DNA of 64,000 nucleotides from an uncultured Clostridia bacterium (GTDB lineage Bacteria; Bacillota_I; Bacilli_A; RF39; UBA660): NCBI GenBank assembly GCA_948433435.1, contig CAOJDX010000001.1, positions 17,564 to 81,563 of the forward strand, read 5' to 3'. Shown piece by piece: positions 57,550 to 64,000 of this stretch (position 1 is its first letter; each line of letters starts with the position of its first letter). The notes under the pieces were generated by a model. It saw only the letters and a program-made list of their open reading frames with translations, ran no database searches and was not told where the DNA came from. The position numbers and the translations under genes were made by a program.

Positions 57550-58185
57550 TTAGCTTTCTATTTTATTAATTTTAACAGTAGCAGGTCTAATAACTCTGTC
57601 TTTTAGTTTGTAACCTTTTAATAAAACTTCTGTTACTTCATCTTCTTTTTTGTCTTTTAGATTATCAGTCATTAGGGCTTGCTCTAAATTAGGATCGAAT
57701 TCCTCTCCTACTCTATTTATTTCGCTAACACCAAACTTTTTAAAAACATCATTCATTTGGGAATACATCATTTTAAATCCACTTAGAAATTTTGAAAGTT
57801 CATCTGTTAAGTCGTTATCATCTAGTGAGATTGCTCTTTCAAAATTATCTACTATAGGTAGTAATTCTAAGATGATGTCTTTATTAGCGTATTTTAATAA
57901 ATTTTCTGTTTCTTCATCTTTACGACGACGATAATTAATTAATTCTGCTTGACTATATTTAATCTTTTCTGTTAATTCGTTATTGGCTTCGATTAGTTTC
58001 TGATTTTCTTCTTCTAATTTATGAACTTCTTCTTGCAAATTGTTTTTTTTGTGTTTTTTGTCTTGATGTTTTTCTTTACAAGAACAAGATCCTTCTTCTT
58101 GATCAGAACATTGTTCGGAACAATGGCATTCCTTTTCTTCTATTTCAAGGTCTTTTTCTTCTTTTAGATTTTTTTCTTCTGTCAT
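57550..58185 (-). CDS. grpE: nucleotide exchange factor GrpE (with Cys/His-rich N-terminal extension)
   Basis: 211 aa. Coiled coil plus C-terminal GrpE beta domain (...LPIVDNFERA...V..V..KGY....RVIRPA.V.V). The N-terminus contains ECHCSEQCSDQEEGSCSCKEKH. Confidence 0.92.
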   Translation of the reverse strand: MTEEKNLKEEKDLEIEEKECHCSEQCSDQEEGSCSCKEKHQDKKHKKNNLQEEVHKLEEENQKLIEANNELTEKIKYSQAELINYRRRKDEETENLLKYANKDIILELLPIVDNFERAISLDDNDLTDELSKFLSGFKMMYSQMNDVFKKFGVSEINRVGEEFDPNLEQALMTDNLKDKKEDEVTEVLLKGYKLKDRVIRPATVKINKIES

Positions 58186-58193
58186 TTTCTCTC

Positions 58194-59210
58194 CTACTTT
58201 TCTATATTTTCTTTAATAAACTCCAACATATTAACCACTCGGTCATATTCCATTCTTTTTGGTCCAATAATTGCGATTGTTCCTTCATCTGTTTTGGTTT
58301 TGTATGTTGTCTTTATAATGGTAACATCATCATCAATTTTGTTTTCCTCACCAATATAGATTTCTATATTATGTCCACCGTCTTCATTATTGTCGTTACC
58401 AGAAGGCTTCTCTGTAATTTTTCGAAGAACTTCTTTATCATCTAGCTTATTATAAATCTCCTTAATCTTATTGATATCTGAAAACTCAGGAAGTTCCAAA
58501 AATTTATTTTTGCCAACTACATTTACATTATGACTTTCTGTAAAATCTGAAAACACATGGTAAAAGGCATTATAAATTTGTTCATGTTGATTAACATATT
58601 TTCCGATAATTGGTTTTACTTCATATTCCAATTTAGTACTTACTTCATCGATTGGAGTGCCTATTATTAGATTGTTAATTAAAGAAACAGTCTTTTCAAT
58701 TTCTTTTTGACTAACATCTTCTAAAGAAATTGTTTTGTGTTCAACATGCCCTTTGTCTGTGACAACAATTACAGTCATATTGACTTCGTCAATTGGAATT
58801 ACTTCTATCTTTTTCAATAAATTGTCATGAGAAGAAGAACCCAATATTACCGTTGTATAGCTTGTCATATCAGATATTAATTGTAAACTTTTCGAGATAC
58901 AATCTGATAAAACTAATTCTTGATTTTTGAAAATTCTTTGGAGCTTTAACATATCTTCTGCTTTCATTTTTTTAATTTCCATTAAATTGTCAACATAGTA
59001 ACGGTAACCCTTTTCGCTTGGTACTCGTCCACTAGAAGTGTGTGTCTTCTCAAGTAAGCCTATGTCCTCTAAAGCTTTCATCTCACTTCTAACTGTGGCG
59101 GATGAACACTTTAATCTCTTACAAATGAGATTGGAACTTACTGGTTTGGCAAGTTTAATGTATTGCTCAACAATTAATTTTAAAATATCGTTTTCTCTTT
59201 TAGTAAGCAT
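58194..59210 (-). CDS. hrcA: heat-inducible transcription repressor HrcA
   Basis: ATG at 59210 after GGAGGT; the ORF-track start at 59231 falls inside the CIRCE operator. LTKRE..IL..IV..Y.....PV.S winged-helix N-terminus. First gene of the dnaK operon. Confidence 0.92.
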   Translation of the reverse strand: MLTKRENDILKLIVEQYIKLAKPVSSNLICKRLKCSSATVRSEMKALEDIGLLEKTHTSSGRVPSEKGYRYYVDNLMEIKKMKAEDMLKLQRIFKNQELVLSDCISKSLQLISDMTSYTTVILGSSSHDNLLKKIEVIPIDEVNMTVIVVTDKGHVEHKTISLEDVSQKEIEKTVSLINNLIIGTPIDEVSTKLEYEVKPIIGKYVNQHEQIYNAFYHVFSDFTESHNVNVVGKNKFLELPEFSDINKIKEIYNKLDDKEVLRKITEKPSGNDNNEDGGHNIEIYIGEENKIDDDVTIIKTTYKTKTDEGTIAIIGPKRMEYDRVVNMLEFIKENIEK

Positions 59211-59224
59211 AACCTTACCTCCAT

Positions 59225-59251
59225 TTAGCACTGCTTTTTCTTGAGTGCTAA
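59225..59251 (-). promoter_or_regulatory. CIRCE operator (HrcA binding site)
   Basis: TTAGCACTG-CTTTTTCTT-GAGTGCTAA matches the consensus TTAGCACTC-N9-GAGTGCTAA with one mismatch. It lies between the promoter and the hrcA RBS. Confidence 0.9.
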
Positions 59252-59255
59252 TAAC

Positions 59256-59284
59256 ATTATATGCTTGCGATTAGCAGATGTCAA
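59256..59284 (-). promoter_or_regulatory. consensus sigma-A promoter of the hrcA-grpE-dnaK operon
   Basis: Minus strand reads TTGACA (59279-59284), a 17-nt spacer, then TATAAT (59256-59261), immediately upstream of CIRCE. Confidence 0.8.
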
Positions 59285-59640
59285 GTTTTTTTGCTAACAA
59301 AATTAGACAAAGCAAAAAACATATAGAAATTTTCTAGCACTTATTGTGGATAAGTTTATTTCTGGTACTAAGTTTAGACTAATAAACGCACCATCTGGTA
59401 ATGAGAAATGAGTGTTTTCTGTAAGTTTGATATTATACGTATCTAAATCAAAATTTGGTTGACTTAATTGTATTGTTATTTTTCCTAATTCTAATGGTTT
59501 CACTCTTGGGAAGACTAGTTTTCCTATTCTCAGGTAATTTTGTCAAGCTTTCTTATTTTTTCACCAAAAAAAGTCCAAAATGAACTTTTAATATACGTAA
59601 ATATTGTCGTGATTTTTTTGTTGTATTCTAAGCAATATTT

Positions 59641-59841
59641 TTATGGACAAGTAATTAAGTTTCTTCTCTTCTCTTCGGCAAACTCAATTAACTCTTTCTC
59701 TACTTTATTTACAAAATCATTAGTTGTTTTTTTTGTAAAACTAATACTTGCTAAGAGCATAAAAATAATTGTAGCTGCTATTATTAAAAGACCATATAGC
59801 ATTGTTGAAATGGCAAACCCATTATTATTTATCTTTATCAT
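59641..59841 (-). CDS. small pilin-like membrane protein (orphan)
   Basis: ATG at 59841 after AGGTGA. MIKINNNG|FAISTMLYGLLIIAATIIF resembles the prepilin leader of the 11306 gene (MKKVLNNSG|FAMVETLIAAV) but has Thr instead of Glu at +5. 66 aa. Confidence 0.4.
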   Translation of the reverse strand: MIKINNNGFAISTMLYGLLIIAATIIFMLLASISFTKKTTNDFVNKVEKELIEFAEEKRRNLITCP

Positions 59842-59866
59842 ATTATCACCTATTATCATAATTATA

Positions 59867-60418
59867 TCATTTTTTTTCCAAAATCACTATATATTTGTCT
59901 CCATATTTTTTATTTTTAATCTCTTTATAAACTTCTGAATAAATTATCTTTTTACGGTCATCACTTTCGCAAACAATGATCCCGTTTTTATTTAGTAAAT
60001 CATAATTGGTGATTAATTTTATGCTTTCTTCTATATAATTTGTTTTATAAGGAGGATCTAAAAAAATAATATCTAATTTTATGTTACTCTCTTTTAAGAA
60101 TAGTAAGGCTTTTTGAAAATCACTTTTTATTACCTCAAACTTTTCTTTTTCTACTTCTAGATTTTTTAAGTTGGTTTTAATCATAGAAATAGCTTCTTTG
60201 CTTTTATCTACTAAATAGGTTTTTTGAGCATTCATGCTTAATGATTCTATCCCTAAATTACCAGAACCAGAAAATAAATCTAAAACTATAGCATTATTAA
60301 GACTGTATTGGATCATAGCAAAAAGAGATTCTTTGACTCTATCCATAGTAGGTCTTGTTTGTTCTAAGTTGTAGCCTTTTAATTTTCTTCCTTTATATTT
60401 ACCACTAATTACTTTCAT
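59867..60418 (-). CDS. rsmD: 16S rRNA (guanine966-N2)-methyltransferase RsmD
   Basis: 183 aa. RPT.DRVKESLF, LDLFSGSGNLGIE, FLDPPY. Confidence 0.9.
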   Translation of the reverse strand: MKVISGKYKGRKLKGYNLEQTRPTMDRVKESLFAMIQYSLNNAIVLDLFSGSGNLGIESLSMNAQKTYLVDKSKEAISMIKTNLKNLEVEKEKFEVIKSDFQKALLFLKESNIKLDIIFLDPPYKTNYIEESIKLITNYDLLNKNGIIVCESDDRKKIIYSEVYKEIKNKKYGDKYIVILEKK

Positions 60419-60421
60419 TGA

Positions 60422-60694
60422 CTACTCCTTGCTTATTATATTAGCTAAATAATGATTAATTTCTAATATCATATAATTCAATTCGGCTTCTAATTTTTTT
60501 GTTTTTCTAATATCTGGAATTTCTATTAACACCTTTCTTAATTCTTCTGATTTTGATATATGATATTCTGAAATTTTTTCTATTAGTTCTTTATTTTCCT
60601 TTATTGATAAATAAGAACTTTGAAGATCTTTTATGGTTTTTTCATTATTTAACTTTTCTTCTAATTGTAAAATTAATTGATATAAATTATTCAT
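60422..60694 (-). CDS. YlbF/YmcA-like regulatory protein
   Basis: ATG at 60694 after GGAGGA. 90 aa, helical. Its position upstream of rsmD (ylbH) matches the Bacillus ylbF synteny. Confidence 0.4.
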   Translation of the reverse strand: MNNLYQLILQLEEKLNNEKTIKDLQSSYLSIKENKELIEKISEYHISKSEELRKVLIEIPDIRKTKKLEAELNYMILEINHYLANIISKE

Positions 60695-60701
60695 TTTTCC
60701 T

Positions 60702-60738
60702 CCAAAAAAAGCATTCAAACAAATTGTTCGAATGCTTT
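60702..60738 (-). terminator. rho-independent terminator directly upstream of the ylbF-like RBS
   Basis: Minus strand reads AAAGCATTCGAACA-att-TGTTTGAATGCTTT (14-bp stem with one G-U pair) followed by TTTTTT. Confidence 0.7.
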
Positions 60739-60849
60739 AGAAGGTGATACGCACAAACAAGTATACCTCCATGAACAATAAATCTGTTCACAACTAAAAT
60801 ATAACAAATTTCGACAAAAAATGCAATAATTTACATAAAGTTTTTCTAC

Positions 60850-61071
60850 TTATTTTAAGATAGATAATAAATTTGAGACAAAACTTATACTTTCCCCAAT
60901 TTTTTCGATACGATCACTAGGAGTCAACTTATATTCTTTCTTCATTTCTTCTTCCATTTGCTTTAAATAGTTAGGATTTCTATTTAGATATTTGTACCAA
61001 TAAGAATGTTCCTTTAGATAATGTTTGAGATTGGGATTACTATTAATAATTAATCTGGTTTCTACTTGCAT
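60850..61071 (-). CDS. YlbE-like protein
   Basis: 73 aa. P....YL.EHSYWYKYLNR.P motif and synteny after the ylbD-like gene. Confidence 0.55.
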   Translation of the reverse strand: MQVETRLIINSNPNLKHYLKEHSYWYKYLNRNPNYLKQMEEEMKKEYKLTPSDRIEKIGESISFVSNLLSILK

Positions 61072-61439
61072 TAATCCTCAAAATATTTATACATTGGCCG
61101 AGGTTCGTAAGGTGCCTTTACCACTTCTTCTTTTCCAAATCCCATATCTTGTAGTATTCCTATTGTTTTTTGAATATTCGTTATCCCCTTTTGAACGGTT
61201 TCTAAATCCATATTTTTAAAAGTGTTAACAAAATCTCCTACTGTTGTATTACTTAAGGTCTTAGTTTGATTGACTGTTGTTATAGTGTTTTTAGGAAAAT
61301 ATTCATTCCATACAGTGCTATTTTCTCCGTAAATATCGTATAACTCATATAATTTTTGCCAGTTTGTTTGATTCGTATTAACGAAATTAGCTAACTCTGG
61401 ATGAATGCGAGCAAAACTTTTAAAATTTTCTTTTGACAT
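61071..61439 (-). CDS. YlbD-like (putative spore coat) protein
   Basis: 122 aa. FKSFARIHPELANFV..NQTNWQKLYELYDIYGE....W..Y matches the YlbD family signature. Confidence 0.55.
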   Translation of the reverse strand: MSKENFKSFARIHPELANFVNTNQTNWQKLYELYDIYGENSTVWNEYFPKNTITTVNQTKTLSNTTVGDFVNTFKNMDLETVQKGITNIQKTIGILQDMGFGKEEVVKAPYEPRPMYKYFED

Positions 61440-61482
61440 ATAACCACCTACAAAATTATATGTTTGAAATAAAAAAAAAGAC

Positions 61483-63990
61483 TTATTTTAGAAAATCATC
61501 TATTGTAAGTAATCTATTATCTATTTCATCTAAGTCTATTTCTTCCTTTTTAGGAGCTTTTATAAGTTCTTCAGTACTATTTATATTTTTAACCTCTAAG
61601 GTTATTTTAATAAGTTCTGAAAAGATGAAAGCATTTTGAATTGATGATTTAATCAATTCTTTTCCTGTTGAATATCTATCAAGAATAGGTATTTCTGTTA
61701 ATTTGAAACTACTAATGGTACTAGCTTTTAGTCCAATATGGTTTTTATTATCTGTTATAAATGTTTTTAATATTTTGTAAGGGTTAGTTTTTACTTCTCT
61801 TAACATTAATAATCCTTTTCTTGTTCTTGTTGATAATTCAAATTCTTTTAATTTAACCCTTTTTCCTGTTGACTTTTCAGTTATTACTGTTAAATATTCA
61901 TCTTGGTCATAAGAGAAATTATTCACACTTACTACTTCGTCTTCTTTTAAAGAGATTCCTTTTACTCCTGCTGCTTTTACCCCGATTACCGGAATTTCTT
62001 CTGTCTTAAAGGCTAACCCATATCCTTTTTTTGTACTAATAAAGACATTTTCTTTTCTTTCTACAAAAGCTTCTACCAAAACATCTTTTTCTTTCAGTTT
62101 CATACAACTAGTTGGTTTAGAATATCTACTTAGCTTAAAGTCTTTTAGTTTACTTCTTTTAATCATACCATTTTTAGTTGCCAAAATAATGTTGTTATCT
62201 TGAGAAAAGTCATATACAGGAATACAAGAGATAATTTCTTCATCCTCGCTAATTGGAATCAAATTACTAATATGTTTTCCCATATCTTTCCACTTGCTAT
62301 CAGGGATCATATGAACAGGAATATGAAGATAGTTTCCTAATGAGGTAAATACTAATAAAATATCTAAAGTATTTAATTCATATTGTCCGATAATAAAATC
62401 ATTTTCTTTCAATATTGGAGTATCGCTTGTTGCTTGATAGCTTCTCAAGCTTGTTCTTTTAATGTATCCATCTTTTGTGAGCATAACAATGACATCCTCT
62501 TTAGGAACCATTTCGGTTGTATCAATTTTAATTTCTGTAATTTCATCCTTAATTTCTGTAAGTCTAGGAGTTGGATAATCATCATTAATCTTTTTTAAAT
62601 CTTGTTTCATTACCTTTTTTAAAGCGGCTTCGCTACTTAGTATTTTGGTTAAACCTTCTACAATTTTACTTAATTTTTGTAATTCTTCTTCTAATTCTAC
62701 AACATCGGTATTAGTTAAACGATATAATTGTAATACAACAATAGCTTCTGCTTGTTCATAAGTGAATTCGAATTTTTCAACTAAATTATCTTTAGCATCA
62801 CTCTTATTTTTACTAGCTCGTATAGTCTTAATTACTTCATCTAAGATAGATAAACATTTAATTAGTCCTTCTACAATATGTAAGCGTTTTTTTGCTGTTA
62901 AAAGATCAAAATTAGTTCTTCTAGTTACTACCTCTTTTTGATGGGTAATAAAGGCATCTAATAAGCCCATCAATCCTAATTGTCGAGGACATTTATTTAC
63001 AATTGTAATCATATTGAAGTTGTAACTTGATTGCATGTCAGTATTTTTAAATAAGTAATTTAAAATTAAATCTTTATTTGCTCCTTTTTTTAGATCAATT
63101 GCTATTCTTATATCTTTTTCAGACTCATCACGAACTTCTAAAATACCATCGATTTTCTTGTCAATTCTAATGTCATCTATTTTTTTGACTAATAGTGCTT
63201 TATTTACCTCATATGGTATTTCTGTTACAATAATCGAAGTTTTTCCTGACTTTTCTTCGAAAGAAGTTTTGGATCTTACAACAACCTTGCCTTTTCCAGT
63301 TGTATAGGCATCTATTAACCCTTGTTTGCCCTCAATAATAGCTCCTGTTGGAAAATCAGGTCCTTTAACAAATTCCATTAGTTCTTCTAAAGAACTTTGA
63401 GGATGATCTATTCGGTAAATTGTTGCATTTATTACTTCTGATAAATTATGGGGAGGAATATTAGTAGCATAACCTGCTGAAATTCCTGTTGTCCCATAGA
63501 TAAGCAAAGCTGGAAACCTTACTGGTAAAACAGTGGGCTCAATAGTTGAATCATCAAAGTTAGGGGCAAATTCTACGGTGTCTTTATCAATGTCTCTAAC
63601 CATTTCATTACTAATTTTAGAAAGTCTAGCTTCTGTATAACGATAGGCTGCAGGACTATCTCCATCAATACTACCATTATTACCATGCATATCAATAAAT
63701 GGTCGTCTTGCCTTCCAATCTTGACTCATTCTAACCATTGCATCATAAATAGATGTATCTCCGTGTGGATGATAATTTCCTATTACGTCACCAACCGTTT
63801 TGGCACTTTTTCTATATGGGTGATCCGCTGTATTTCTCTCATGATACATAGAATATAAAATTCTTCTTTGAACTGGTTTTAGACCATCTCTAGCATCAGG
63901 AATTGCACGTTCTTGTATGATGTATTTTGAATAACTTCCGAAGCGCTTGCCCATTATTTCTTCTAAGGTATATTCTTGTATTTTTTCCAT
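61483..63990 (-). CDS. parC: DNA topoisomerase IV subunit A
   Basis: 835 aa. N-terminus LEEIMGKRFGSYSKYIIQERAIPDARDGLKPVQRRILYSM is the ParC-type signature (not the GyrA type); active-site AAYRYTEARL. Confidence 0.88.
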   Translation of the reverse strand: MEKIQEYTLEEIMGKRFGSYSKYIIQERAIPDARDGLKPVQRRILYSMYHERNTADHPYRKSAKTVGDVIGNYHPHGDTSIYDAMVRMSQDWKARRPFIDMHGNNGSIDGDSPAAYRYTEARLSKISNEMVRDIDKDTVEFAPNFDDSTIEPTVLPVRFPALLIYGTTGISAGYATNIPPHNLSEVINATIYRIDHPQSSLEELMEFVKGPDFPTGAIIEGKQGLIDAYTTGKGKVVVRSKTSFEEKSGKTSIIVTEIPYEVNKALLVKKIDDIRIDKKIDGILEVRDESEKDIRIAIDLKKGANKDLILNYLFKNTDMQSSYNFNMITIVNKCPRQLGLMGLLDAFITHQKEVVTRRTNFDLLTAKKRLHIVEGLIKCLSILDEVIKTIRASKNKSDAKDNLVEKFEFTYEQAEAIVVLQLYRLTNTDVVELEEELQKLSKIVEGLTKILSSEAALKKVMKQDLKKINDDYPTPRLTEIKDEITEIKIDTTEMVPKEDVIVMLTKDGYIKRTSLRSYQATSDTPILKENDFIIGQYELNTLDILLVFTSLGNYLHIPVHMIPDSKWKDMGKHISNLIPISEDEEIISCIPVYDFSQDNNIILATKNGMIKRSKLKDFKLSRYSKPTSCMKLKEKDVLVEAFVERKENVFISTKKGYGLAFKTEEIPVIGVKAAGVKGISLKEDEVVSVNNFSYDQDEYLTVITEKSTGKRVKLKEFELSTRTRKGLLMLREVKTNPYKILKTFITDNKNHIGLKASTISSFKLTEIPILDRYSTGKELIKSSIQNAFIFSELIKITLEVKNINSTEELIKAPKKEEIDLDEIDNRLLTIDDFLK

Positions 63991-64000
63991 TACTTCTTGA

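Noticed and set aside
59303-59503. 66-aa minus-strand ORF between the pilin-like ORF and the hrcA promoter
   Set aside because: It has a GTG start with no recognisable RBS and no family resemblance. It could be real, but I cannot support it from sequence alone.
59540-59938. 132-aa plus-strand ORF
   Set aside because: It is antisense to the rsmD 3' end and the pilin-like ORF, has a Phe/Ile-rich shadow composition and no RBS.
60725-60738. GTTCGAATGC string resembling a tRNA T-arm
   Set aside because: It forms the 3' arm of a terminator hairpin. No acceptor, D or anticodon arms can be built around it.

Overview
This is a visibly AT-rich, tightly packed bacterial chromosomal window. The gene content and synteny look like a spore-forming low-GC Bacillota: lepA-hemW, nusB-xseA-xseB-spoIVB, xerD-deoB, ylbD/E/F-rsmD, ylbJ/ylbL, spoIIM and a CIRCE-controlled hrcA-grpE-dnaK-dnaJ operon. 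All family calls come from motif recognition by eye; no searches were run. I saw no rRNA, tRNA, CRISPR array or intact mobile element. Most of the window is housekeeping (lepA, tmk, mutS, mnmA, rarA, alaS behind an Ala T-box, holA, trxA, rnhC, the dnaK operon, parC). Four accessory modules stand out. (1) At 35.5-43.6 kb, minus strand, an ~8 kb locus holds two archaeal-type SipW signal peptidases and a TasA/camelysin-like 223-aa subunit. It also holds a 952-aa multi-domain putative lipoprotein whose C-terminus is itself TasA-like, two orphan proteins with the same N-terminal signal motif, a LepB-type peptidase and palindromic operator-like sites. I consider this the best candidate for an undescribed fibre/matrix assembly system. 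(2) At 1.7-4.9 kb there is a type VIIb-style substrate module: two WXG100-like proteins, a helical protein, an LXG-like protein with a mucin-like and TM-anchored C-terminus, and DUF4176. No secretion machinery is visible in the window. (3) At 9.5-12.6 kb there is a minimal type IV pilus-like set: a GspE/ComGA ATPase with a long disordered tail plus two prepilins, with no platform protein or prepilin peptidase. (4) At 28.7-29.4 kb there is a start-less HUH rolling-circle Rep remnant. It sits where gene orientation switches from plus to minus, which may mark the replication terminus.
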